The position numbers were made by a program, and so were the translations under genes. Below are positions 44,422-53,209 of a DNA stretch of 64,000 bases, piece by piece. Below the pieces are notes generated by a model. The model saw only the letters and a program-made list of their open reading frames with translations, ran no database searches and was not told where the DNA came from. How positions within the stretch are numbered: the first letter of the stretch is position 1; each line of letters starts with the position of its first letter. This DNA comes from an uncultured Candidatus Binatia bacterium (GTDB lineage: Bacteria; Desulfobacterota; Binatia; UBA9968; JAJDTQ01): the NCBI GenBank assembly GCA_965219905.1, contig CBDCOS010000004.1, positions 48,696 to 112,695 of the forward strand, given 5' to 3'.

Positions 44422-44431
44422 GTGCCTGGAC

Positions 44432-45430
44432 ATGCTCTTTCTCACGGAAGAAGACGTTCTCCGGGCCATCCAGGACCGTAACGCATACGGAGAGGCGGTT
44501 TCGGTCATCGAGGAGGTGCTGCGGCAGCAGTCCGAGGGCAGCACCTTCCATCTCAAGCGCCTCACCATGGAGCACCCCGACCACCCGGGCCACCTTTGGC
44601 ACAACATCCGTATCCTGCCGGGCATGGTGCCGGAGCTGGGCTACGCGGCGGTGCGGGTCTACTCGGGATACCAGGGGACCAACCGCTCCGAGGTCATCTG
44701 CCTGTTCGACTGGAAGGACATGGAGATGACGGCCATCATCTCGGACTACCACCTGCACGCCATCCGGACCGCGTCGCCTTACGGCGTGGCGGCCAAGTAC
44801 CTGTCGCGGGAGGACGCGCAAACCCTGGGGGTCATCGGCACCGGCCGCTACGCCAAGGGCTTCGTCCAGGCCTGCTGCGCGGTGCGCGACATCCGCCGCA
44901 TCAAGGCCTACAGCCGGAGCGCGGAAAACCGGCGGCGCTTCCGAGAGGAGATGACGGCGGTACTGGGCATCGAGGTCGTGACGGTGGACTCCGGCCGGGA
45001 AGCCGTCGAAGGAACGGACATCATGCTGCTGGCCACCTCCGGCAACACCATCGTGTTCGAGGGGGACTGGCTGGAGCCCGGGGCGCTGGTCATGTCCCTG
45101 GCCCCCGGCGAGTTCGACGAGGCGACGGTGGAGGGGTCGCGCGTTTTTCTGTCCGGCACCGACCAGGTGCTGGGCGACAGCCCGCCGCGGAAACCGTTCC
45201 CTTCGCTGCTGGCCGCTGGCAAGTTCTCGAAGGACCACGTGGCGGCGGAGTTCTGCGACGTGGTCTCCGGCAAGAAGCCCGGACGGCAGGGCGACGACGA
45301 GGTCATCCTCTACGAGTCGCCGGGCATGGGCATCCTGGACGTGGGGGTCGCGAGCTGGATCTACCGGCTGGCCCGGGAAAAGGGCCTGGGAACCGAGCTG
45401 CCCTTCGGGGAAGAACCCGCGGAGGAGTGA
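44432..45430 (+). CDS. Ornithine cyclodeaminase / mu-crystallin family NAD(P) enzyme
   Basis: AIRTASPYGVAAKYL, Rossmann motif VIGTGRYAKG, and the family's typical ~330-aa length. Confidence 0.75.
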   Translation: MLFLTEEDVLRAIQDRNAYGEAVSVIEEVLRQQSEGSTFHLKRLTMEHPDHPGHLWHNIRILPGMVPELGYAAVRVYSGYQGTNRSEVICLFDWKDMEMTAIISDYHLHAIRTASPYGVAAKYLSREDAQTLGVIGTGRYAKGFVQACCAVRDIRRIKAYSRSAENRRRFREEMTAVLGIEVVTVDSGREAVEGTDIMLLATSGNTIVFEGDWLEPGALVMSLAPGEFDEATVEGSRVFLSGTDQVLGDSPPRKPFPSLLAAGKFSKDHVAAEFCDVVSGKKPGRQGDDEVILYESPGMGILDVGVASWIYRLAREKGLGTELPFGEEPAEE

Positions 45431-45431
45431 C

Positions 45432-46919
45432 ATGCGTACGTTGATTCGCGGCGGTTGGGTCGTCGCCTATCAGGGGCAGAGTCACGCCCTCCTCCGGGAC
45501 GGCGTGGTCGTGTTCGAGGGCGGTCGCATCCTGCACGTGGGGACGGGTTTCGACGGGAACGTGGACCGGGAGATCGACGCCCGCGGGATGCTGGTGGCGC
45601 CGGGGTTCATCGACATGCACGTCCACGGCGGCCACCGCGCGTCGCACCGGCTGATCACCGACGTCGGCCGGCCGGACTACTTCGGGCAGCCCTTCCTGGA
45701 GATCAGCGTGCCGCGGGAGGGCAAGCGTCCGGCGGGCGACCCTCGCTACACCCGGCCCGACCAGGCCGGTGCGACCGAAGGCACCGACCTGCATTCCACC
45801 TTCACCGTGGCCGAGCTGCTGCGCAACGGCGTCACCACCTTCATGGAAATCGGCAGCCAGCTCCGGGTCCAGGAGGGGCTGCTCAAGGAAGTGGACCGGC
45901 TCGGCGCCCGCGCCTACCTGGGCCCCGGTTTCGACTCGGGCCGCTGGGTGGCGGACGACAAGGGCCGTCTCAAGCGGGCGCTGGACGAGGCCGCGGGCTG
46001 GCGGGAGTTCGAGGGCGCCGTGGACTTCATCAAGCGCGTGGACGGCAGTTGCGGCGACCGGGTCCGGGGGATACTGATCCCGCGGGAGGCCGAGTCCTGC
46101 ACGCTGGATCTGCTGCGGGCCACGCGGAAGGCCGCCGACGAGCTCGAGGTGCCGATTTCGACCCACGCGGCCTACAACGTCATCGAGTTCTACGAGCTGG
46201 TGACGGAGCACCGCATGACCCCGGTGGAGCTGCTGGAGTCGGTGGGCCTGCTGGGGCCCGACCTCACCATCGGCCACGGGAATCTGGTGGCGGAAAACCC
46301 CCAATTGAACTTCTCGGGAGGCCGGGACATCGAGCTCATGGGAGGATACGGCGTGTCCATCTCCCACTGTCCGGTGAACATCGCCCGCCGGGGGCGATGC
46401 CTCGATTCCTGGGAGAAGTACCGCAAGGCCGGCGTCAACATCGCGCTGGGCAGCGACACCTACCCGCGGGACTTCATGATGCAGATGCGCATCGCCTCCT
46501 ACTTCGGCAAGGTCATCGGCCGCAACCTGCGGGCGGCCACGGCGGCGGAAGTTTTCGAAGCGGCCACGCTGGGCGGGGCCCGGGCCCTGGGACGCGACGA
46601 CCTCGGACGCCTGGCGCCTGGCGCCCGGGCGGACATCATCATCGTCGATCTCTCCGGCCGCGGCACCCTCAGGTACGGGCCGGTGCGCGATCCCATCAAG
46701 GGCGTGGTGGAGTGCGGCATCGGGGACGACGTCCGCACCGTCATCGTCGACGGCAAGCTATGCGTGGAGCAGGGGCAGATCCCGGGGGTGGACCTGGAGG
46801 ACCTGCGAGCACAAGCGCAGGAGGCGGCGGAGTCCGCCTGGAATCACCTGTCGGATTGGGACGCGCTGGGCCGGACCGCCGAGGAGATGAGCCCCTGGTC
46901 CTTCCCGCTCATGAAATGA
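45432..46919 (+). CDS. Amidohydrolase-1 family (deaminase/chlorohydrolase-like)
   Basis: LVAPGFIDMHVHG (HxH), HAAYN, ISHCP and ALGSDT. Confidence 0.75.
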   Translation: MRTLIRGGWVVAYQGQSHALLRDGVVVFEGGRILHVGTGFDGNVDREIDARGMLVAPGFIDMHVHGGHRASHRLITDVGRPDYFGQPFLEISVPREGKRPAGDPRYTRPDQAGATEGTDLHSTFTVAELLRNGVTTFMEIGSQLRVQEGLLKEVDRLGARAYLGPGFDSGRWVADDKGRLKRALDEAAGWREFEGAVDFIKRVDGSCGDRVRGILIPREAESCTLDLLRATRKAADELEVPISTHAAYNVIEFYELVTEHRMTPVELLESVGLLGPDLTIGHGNLVAENPQLNFSGGRDIELMGGYGVSISHCPVNIARRGRCLDSWEKYRKAGVNIALGSDTYPRDFMMQMRIASYFGKVIGRNLRAATAAEVFEAATLGGARALGRDDLGRLAPGARADIIIVDLSGRGTLRYGPVRDPIKGVVECGIGDDVRTVIVDGKLCVEQGQIPGVDLEDLRAQAQEAAESAWNHLSDWDALGRTAEEMSPWSFPLMK

Positions 46920-46935
46920 ACCGATCCGCCAAGCC

Positions 46936-47045
46936 GCCTCCGTCATTCCCGCTCCCTCCTCCGTCATTCCCGCGGAAGCGGGAATCCAGGGGTAGCGGTG
47001 TGGCGGCTCCATTGCGCCGGCCCCACCCCGCCTGGATTTCCGCTC
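46936..47045. repeat. REP-like palindromic element, copy B
   Basis: Two ctccgtcattcccgc units, then cggaagcgggaatccagggg, a G-rich centre ending ccggccccacccc, and gcctggatttccgct. Collinear with 3650-3740. Confidence 0.8.
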
Positions 47046-47097
47046 CTGATCGGGGTCGAAGACAATCTTGTGCGAGAATGGCGGATTCACGGCATGA

Positions 47098-47973
47098 TCA
47101 GCTGCTCCGGCGCTGCAAGATGATTCCCCCCACGATCAACGCCAGCCCCGCCACGGTGCTCGGGTAGATGGGCTCTCCCACGATCAGGGAGATCAGCAGG
47201 AGCGAGAGGAAGGGCGTCAGGTAGATGATCTGGCCCACCTGCGCGGTGGTGCGGGAGAGCTTGAGCGCCCGGAGCCAGGCGACGAAGGCGATGCCCATCT
47301 CGAAGATGCCGATGTACGCGGCCCCGGCCAGCCCCCGGACCTCCGGTGTCTCCAGGGTGCCCGCGAGCCACAGGTAGGCGCCCGAGAAGCCGCACCCGAA
47401 GACGAAGTTGACCAGCAGCCGGGTCGCCGGGTCGCGGTTGTCCTTCACCCCGTAGATCCAGTAGAGGGCCCAGATCAGTGTGCTTCCCAACGCCAGCGCC
47501 ACGCCTTGCGGGTTGGCCAGGTCGAGCGCCAGGAGATCGCCCCGGGTGGCGATCACCGCCACGCCGGAGAAGCTGATGGCCAAGGCCCCCACCGCGCGGA
47601 GGCTGATGGTTTGCCGGAGCAGGAGAACGGAGAACAACGCGAGCACAATGGGCCATGCGAAGTTGAGCGTCAGCGCTTCCTGGGCGGGCAGGAGGTCATA
47701 GGCCCTGAAGAGCACGAGGTAGTAGAGGAAGGGGTTCAGGAACCCCAGGCAAAGGGAGGCGCGGAGGTCGCGGCCGTTCCATTGCCGGAGTTGCCGCACC
47801 CGTCCGGTGGCCAGGTTGATGCAGAGCAGCACCGCGGCGGAAAACAGCGAGGAGTAGAACACCAGCACGCCGGCGCCGACATGCCGCAGGGAGAGCTTGA
47901 ACGCGGTCGCGACGGTGGACCAGCAGGCCACGGCGGCGGCGGCGTAGAGATAGGCCTTGGTCTGGTTCTGCAT
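47098..47973 (-). CDS. EamA/DMT-family transporter
   Basis: 291 aa with ten predicted helices and two EamA-like halves (AAAAVACWSTVATAFK..., TLIWALYWIY...). Confidence 0.8.
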   Translation of the reverse strand: MQNQTKAYLYAAAAVACWSTVATAFKLSLRHVGAGVLVFYSSLFSAAVLLCINLATGRVRQLRQWNGRDLRASLCLGFLNPFLYYLVLFRAYDLLPAQEALTLNFAWPIVLALFSVLLLRQTISLRAVGALAISFSGVAVIATRGDLLALDLANPQGVALALGSTLIWALYWIYGVKDNRDPATRLLVNFVFGCGFSGAYLWLAGTLETPEVRGLAGAAYIGIFEMGIAFVAWLRALKLSRTTAQVGQIIYLTPFLSLLLISLIVGEPIYPSTVAGLALIVGGIILQRRSS

Positions 47974-48139
47974 GGACGCTTTGCCGTAGCGGCAAGGGTA
48001 CCATGATTTCGGTCCGGCATCGACGCCGCCCCGACCGCCGGCAACGAGGACAAAAACCTTTGGTGACGCGGAGTTGCAATTGCACCGGCATTCAGTTAAC
48101 GTAGCCTTTCGTTCCTAGTCCATCCCCTCGAGGTTTTCA

Positions 48140-49216
48140 TTGAGCCGTAGAGAATCGGTAGATGCCCTCCGAAAAAAGATCGACCGAGTTGATTCCAGGA
48201 TTGTAGAGCTTCTCAACGAGAGAGCATCCCTTGCCCTGAAGATCGGGCAACAAAAGAATCAAGCAGGAAGGCCCGTCTACGTGGCCAGCCGCGAGCGGGA
48301 GGTCTACCGGCGAATCTCCGAAGGCGCCACGGGCCCGTTGCCCACGGCGTCCGTCCACGCCGTCTTCCGGGAAGTGTTGTCGGCATGCCGCGGCATCGAG
48401 GCCCCCATGAAGGTGGCCTTCTTCGGGCCCGAGGCGACCTTCACCCACATGGCCGCCCGGCGGCATTTCGGCAGCACCGTACAATACTCCCCCGAGCCCA
48501 CCATCGACGACGTCTTCCGGGACGTGAGCGCGGGCAACGTGGACTACGGCGTGGTGCCCATCGAGAATTCCACCGAAGGGGTGGTGACCCACACCCTGGA
48601 CCTGCTGCAGGAGTCGGACGTTCAGATCTGCGGCGAGGTCAGCATCGACATCGAGCTCTGCCTGCTCTCGCGGTCGGGCCGGGGGAAGGACGTTCGCCGC
48701 ATCCTTTCCCACCCTCATGCCCTGGGCCAGTGCCGGCGGTGGATTGCCGCCCACCATCCCGACGCGGCGGTGGAGGAGGTGGCCAGCACCGCGCAGGCGG
48801 CCAAGGAAGCGCGTTCGGACCGGGCCGTGGCGGCGGTTTCCAGCCGGTTGGCGGGCGACCTCTACGGGCTCAGGCTCGTGCAGGCCAACATCGCCGACAA
48901 TCACGACAACATCACGCGGTTTTTCGTGATCGGGGACGATGCCCCCACGCCCACGGGCGAAGACAAGACCAGCATCGTCTTTGCCGCCAAGGACCGTGTC
49001 GGCGTGCTCCACGACATGCTGGCGCCCTTTGCGAAACACCGAATCAACCTGACCAAGATCGAGTCCCGTCCGTCCCGCCAGAAGGCATGGGAGTACGTCT
49101 TTTTCATCGATTTCAGAGGCCATCAACAGGAACCTCGAGCGAAGCGGGCTCTCGGCCAACTGGCCGAGAGCTGCGTCTTCCTCAAGGTCCTCGGATCCTA
49201 TCCCCGCAGCCTATGA
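48140..49216 (+). CDS. pheA: Bifunctional chorismate mutase / prephenate dehydratase
   Basis: CM domain LRKKIDRVDSRIVELLNERASLAL, PDT domain VAFFGPEATFTH and ENSTEGVV, ACT domain TSIVF. TTG start. Confidence 0.88.
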   Translation: MSRRESVDALRKKIDRVDSRIVELLNERASLALKIGQQKNQAGRPVYVASREREVYRRISEGATGPLPTASVHAVFREVLSACRGIEAPMKVAFFGPEATFTHMAARRHFGSTVQYSPEPTIDDVFRDVSAGNVDYGVVPIENSTEGVVTHTLDLLQESDVQICGEVSIDIELCLLSRSGRGKDVRRILSHPHALGQCRRWIAAHHPDAAVEEVASTAQAAKEARSDRAVAAVSSRLAGDLYGLRLVQANIADNHDNITRFFVIGDDAPTPTGEDKTSIVFAAKDRVGVLHDMLAPFAKHRINLTKIESRPSRQKAWEYVFFIDFRGHQQEPRAKRALGQLAESCVFLKVLGSYPRSL

Positions 49217-50319
49217 GCATCATCGAAAAGGTTCCGGACCATATCCGCCGCATCGTTCCGTACGTGCCGGGCAAGCCCATCGACGAGGTGGAGCGGGAAT
49301 ACGGCATCCAGGGATCGGCCAAGCTGGCTTCCAACGAGAACCCCCTGGGGCCGTCGCCCAAGGCGTTGGCCGCCTTGCGGGAGCGGCTGGACGAGCTCCA
49401 CCTCTACCCCGACGGCGGCTGTTTCCACCTCCGTCACGCCCTGGCCGCGAAGCTTGGGGTCGACCCCGAGCAGTTGATCTTCGGCAACGGCTCCAACGAG
49501 CTTATCGAGCTGGCGGTGCGGACGTTCCTGCGCCCGGGGGACGAGGCGCTGATCTCCCGGGGCTCCTTCGTGGCCTACGGGCTGGCCCTCGATGCCATGG
49601 GCGCCACGGTCCGGACGGTGCCGCTCAAGGACTACGGATTCGATCTGGACGCCATGGCCCGGGCGTTGACGCCCGAGACGCGCTGCGTCTTCCTGGCCAA
49701 CCCCAACAACCCCACGGGCACCATCTACCGGAGGCCCGAATGGGAGGAGTTCCTCGAGCGGGTGGGCCCCGAGGTGCTGGTGGTAGCGGACGAGGCCTAC
49801 TTCGAGTACGCCGCCGACCCGGACTACCCGGACTCCCTGGATGACCGGCGCCGGGACCGCACGGTGCTGACCCTCAGGACCTTCTCCAAGGTCTACGGCC
49901 TCGCGGGACTCCGCATCGGATACGGCATCGCGCCACCCGAGGTGGTGGCGATGATGAACCAGGTGAGGGAGCCCTTCAACGTCAATGCCGCCGCCCAGTG
50001 GGCGGCAACGGCGGCCGTGGACGACACCGAGCACCTGCGCCGAAGCATCGAGGTCAACCGGCAGGGCCTGGCCTTTCTCACCGACGGCCTGAAGGCCCTC
50101 GGCGTCGAGTCGGTACCGAGTGAAGCCAATTTCATCCTGGTGCGCACCGGCCAGGTGGGTCGTGTCTTCGAGGAGCTGATGCGCCGGGGCGTCATCGTGC
50201 GGCCCGTGGGCCCGGACTTCCCCGAGCATGTGCGGGTGACCGTGGGGACCCCGGACGAGAACCGCAAGTTCCTGGAAGGCCTTTCCGAGGTCCTGGAGGC
50301 GGACGGGGGCCGGCGCTGA
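49213..50319 (+). CDS. hisC: Histidinol-phosphate / aromatic aminotransferase (class II)
   Basis: KLASNENPLGPSP, NPNNPTG and RTFSKVYGLAGLRIGY (PLP lysine). Confidence 0.8.
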   Translation: MSIIEKVPDHIRRIVPYVPGKPIDEVEREYGIQGSAKLASNENPLGPSPKALAALRERLDELHLYPDGGCFHLRHALAAKLGVDPEQLIFGNGSNELIELAVRTFLRPGDEALISRGSFVAYGLALDAMGATVRTVPLKDYGFDLDAMARALTPETRCVFLANPNNPTGTIYRRPEWEEFLERVGPEVLVVADEAYFEYAADPDYPDSLDDRRRDRTVLTLRTFSKVYGLAGLRIGYGIAPPEVVAMMNQVREPFNVNAAAQWAATAAVDDTEHLRRSIEVNRQGLAFLTDGLKALGVESVPSEANFILVRTGQVGRVFEELMRRGVIVRPVGPDFPEHVRVTVGTPDENRKFLEGLSEVLEADGGRR

Positions 50320-51173
50320 TGTTTCGGACCATGGTGATCGCGGGCGTGGGGCTCATCGGCGGCTCGCTGGCGCTGGCGGCCAGGGAGCGCGGCCTGGTGG
50401 AGCGGGTCGTCGGATACGGCCGCAACGAGAAGACCCTGCGGCGGGGACGGAAGATAGGCATCCTGGACGGCTATTTCCTCAGCCCGGAGGAGTTTCCCAC
50501 GGATGCCGATCTCCTGGTGCTGGCTACGCCGGTCGGCGCCATCGCGCCGGTGACCCGATCGTTTCTCCCGCGGATCCACCCGGGATGCCTCATCAGCGAC
50601 GTGGGCAGCGTGAAGCGCCGGGTGGTGGCGGACATGGAGCGGTTGCTGAAGGGGGGTCCGCCGTTCGTGGGCGCGCATCCCATCGCCGGCAGCGACCAAT
50701 GGGGTCCCGACGCGGCCAGGGCGGACCTGTTCGTTCGCCGTCGCTGTATCCTGACCCCCACGGTACGAAGCGACCCTCGGGCGGTGAGGAGGCTGCGGGT
50801 GTTCTGGCGCCGGGTCGGGGCCAGGGTCGAGCTGATGGACGTACGGCTTCACGATCGGATCCTGGGCGTGGTCAGCCATTTGCCTCACGTGGCCGCCTCG
50901 GCCCTGGTGAACGCCCTGGAGCGCACCAGGATCGAGTCCCTGGACCTGGCGGAATACTGCGGGTCGGGATTCCGGGACACCACCCGCATTGCCGCCGGGC
51001 GCCCGGAGTTGTGGCGCGATATCTGTCTGCTCAACCGCGAGGCCGTGCTCAAGGGGCTTCGCGAGTACGTCCGGGCCCTCGAGAGGATCTCGGACAGCAT
51101 CCGTCGCGACGACGGGCCGCGATTGGAGCGGGAGCTCGAGCAGGCGTTGGTGACTCGCAAGAGGATGTCGTAG
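50319..51173 (+). CDS. tyrA: Prephenate dehydrogenase
   Basis: IAGVGLIGGS, DVGSVK and GAHPIAGS. Confidence 0.82.
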   Translation: MFRTMVIAGVGLIGGSLALAARERGLVERVVGYGRNEKTLRRGRKIGILDGYFLSPEEFPTDADLLVLATPVGAIAPVTRSFLPRIHPGCLISDVGSVKRRVVADMERLLKGGPPFVGAHPIAGSDQWGPDAARADLFVRRRCILTPTVRSDPRAVRRLRVFWRRVGARVELMDVRLHDRILGVVSHLPHVAASALVNALERTRIESLDLAEYCGSGFRDTTRIAAGRPELWRDICLLNREAVLKGLREYVRALERISDSIRRDDGPRLERELEQALVTRKRMS

Positions 51174-51176
51174 CGC

Positions 51177-52457
51177 ATGACCGTCAGGATCGAACAGGTG
51201 AAGCAGCCCCTTCGGGGCGAGCTGGAGGTGCCCGGGGACAAGTCCATCGGGCATCGCGCCGTGATCCTGGGGGCGGTGGCGCGCGGTGAGACGCGCATTG
51301 CCAACCTGTCCCGGGGGGCCGACAACTCCAGCACGGTGGCGGCGTTCAGGGGCATGGGCGTGCGGTTTCGGCGCGAAGCCGACGCGTTGTGCATCGAAGG
51401 CAAGGGTTGGGACGGACTGCAGCCGCCCGGTGAAACCATCGACTGCGGCAACTCCGGCACCACCATGCGACTGCTGGCCGGGGTGCTGGCGGGGCGGCCC
51501 TTCGAGACCTGCCTCGACGGCGACGGTTCCCTCCGCACCCGGCCGATGAAACGGGTCATCGAGCCGCTCACGCGAATGGGGGCCCGGGTGACCGGCAAGG
51601 ACGGCCGCGCGCCCCTGGAGATTCACGGCCGGCAACTCCACGGCATCGAGTACGCCTCTCCGGTCGCCAGCGCCCAGGTGAAGTCGGCGGTGCTGTTGGC
51701 GGGTCTGCAGGCCGGCGGTGAGACTTGTCTGGAGGAACCGCACCGGTCACGGGACCACACGGAGATCATGGCGCGGGGGTTCGGCGCCTCGGTGGAAAGC
51801 AGCGGCCGGCGGGTCAGGGTGCGCGGCGGCCAGGAGCTTTCGGGGACGCGGCTCAGGGTTCCGGGAGACGTGTCATCGGCCGCGTTTCTGTTCGTGGCCG
51901 CGGCCACCATAGCGGATTCCGACGTGTCCATCCGCGGCGTAGGCTGCAATCCCACGCGTGGGGGCGTGATCGATGTGCTGCGGGGAATGGGCGCCGACAT
52001 CGAGTTGACGCGGACCTGGGAGGAGGCGAACGAGCCGGTGGCCGACTTCCGGGTGCGGGGCGGCGTGCTGCGGGGCACCGAGGTGCCGCCGGAGCTGGCC
52101 CCCCGGACCATTGACGAGTATCCGGTGCTGTTCGTGGCGGCGGCGCTGGCCGAGGGCTCCACGCTGTTTCGCGACGTGGGCGAGTTGCGCTTCAAGGAGT
52201 CCGACCGCATCGCCACCATGAGCCGCGAGCTTTCGAAGATGGGCGTGAAAGTGGACGTGCGCGGTGACGACGTGCTTGTCGAGGGCGCCGGCGTACTCGA
52301 GAGTGCGTCGGTGGAGAGCCACGGTGACCATCGGGTGGCGATGGCGCTGGCGGTCGCCGGCCTGTCGACGCCGGGCGGGGTCCTCCTTTCGGACGAGGAA
52401 TGCGTCAAGGTTTCCTTCCCGGGCTTTTTCGAGAGCCTGGCGCAAATCCGCGCCTGA
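51177..52457 (+). CDS. aroA: 3-phosphoshikimate 1-carboxyvinyltransferase
   Basis: PGDKSIGHRA, CGNSGTTMRLL, LRTRPM, KESDRI and GDHRVAMA. Confidence 0.92.
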   Translation: MTVRIEQVKQPLRGELEVPGDKSIGHRAVILGAVARGETRIANLSRGADNSSTVAAFRGMGVRFRREADALCIEGKGWDGLQPPGETIDCGNSGTTMRLLAGVLAGRPFETCLDGDGSLRTRPMKRVIEPLTRMGARVTGKDGRAPLEIHGRQLHGIEYASPVASAQVKSAVLLAGLQAGGETCLEEPHRSRDHTEIMARGFGASVESSGRRVRVRGGQELSGTRLRVPGDVSSAAFLFVAAATIADSDVSIRGVGCNPTRGGVIDVLRGMGADIELTRTWEEANEPVADFRVRGGVLRGTEVPPELAPRTIDEYPVLFVAAALAEGSTLFRDVGELRFKESDRIATMSRELSKMGVKVDVRGDDVLVEGAGVLESASVESHGDHRVAMALAVAGLSTPGGVLLSDEECVKVSFPGFFESLAQIRA

Positions 52458-52525
52458 GAGGGTTGGCGTGCGAAGTTCGGTTCCGGGCCACCGGTTGTGC
52501 CTGGTGACGAGTGAGGATAGGATAG

Positions 52526-53209
52526 TTGATCGTGGCCATCGACGGCCCGGCGGGCGCCGGTAAGAGTACCGTGGCCAAGGCCGTGGCGAAGCGCATGGGA
52601 TACCGGTATATGGATACCGGGGCCATGTATCGGGCGCTGGCATGGAAGGTCATGTGCCGGGGCGCCGATGCCGGCGACGAGAACGCCTTGGGGAATATCC
52701 TCGACAGCACGGTGGTGGATCTCGGAGACGACGCGGACGCGCCGACGGTGATGTTGGACGGCGCGGACGTGAGCGGAGCCATCCGCACGCCGGAGGTGGG
52801 CCAGATGGCTTCCCGGGTATCCGGGATGAAGATCGTAAGGCGAAGGATGGCCGATCTGCAGCGCGCCATGGGCCGCAGCGGCCGCATCGTGGCCGAAGGG
52901 CGCGACATGGGGACGGTGGTGTTCCCCGACGCCGACGTGAAGATATACCTGGATGCGTCACCCGAGACCCGCGCGCTCAGGCGCTTCAAGGAGCTCGCCG
53001 GCCAGGATCCGGCGCTGACCCTGGAGCAGACCCTGGCCGACGTCATGCGCCGGGACCGCCGGGACAAGGAGCGGGAGGCGGCTCCGTTGCGGAAGGCCGA
53101 GGACGCGTTGTTCGTGGACTCGACGACGCTGTCGGTGGCGGCGGTGGTGGAGAAGATACTGCGAGAGATCGATACGAAATCAAATGAGGATGGGAGAACT
53201 GTTTCATGA
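52526..53209 (+). CDS. cmk: Cytidylate kinase
   Basis: IAIDGPAGAGKST, YMDTGAMYRA and EGRDMGTVVFPDA. TTG start; the exact start is uncertain. Confidence 0.88.
   Translation: MIVAIDGPAGAGKSTVAKAVAKRMGYRYMDTGAMYRALAWKVMCRGADAGDENALGNILDSTVVDLGDDADAPTVMLDGADVSGAIRTPEVGQMASRVSGMKIVRRRMADLQRAMGRSGRIVAEGRDMGTVVFPDADVKIYLDASPETRALRRFKELAGQDPALTLEQTLADVMRRDRRDKEREAAPLRKAEDALFVDSTTLSVAAVVEKILREIDTKSNEDGRTVS

Noticed and set aside
46758-47090. 110-aa minus-strand ORF over REP copy B, and ORF 3765-4502 over copy A
   Set aside because: They are encoded largely by the repeat sequence (GMTEEGAGMTE, MTDGGGNDGEG). One is out of frame with tctB and the other lies in an intergenic palindrome.
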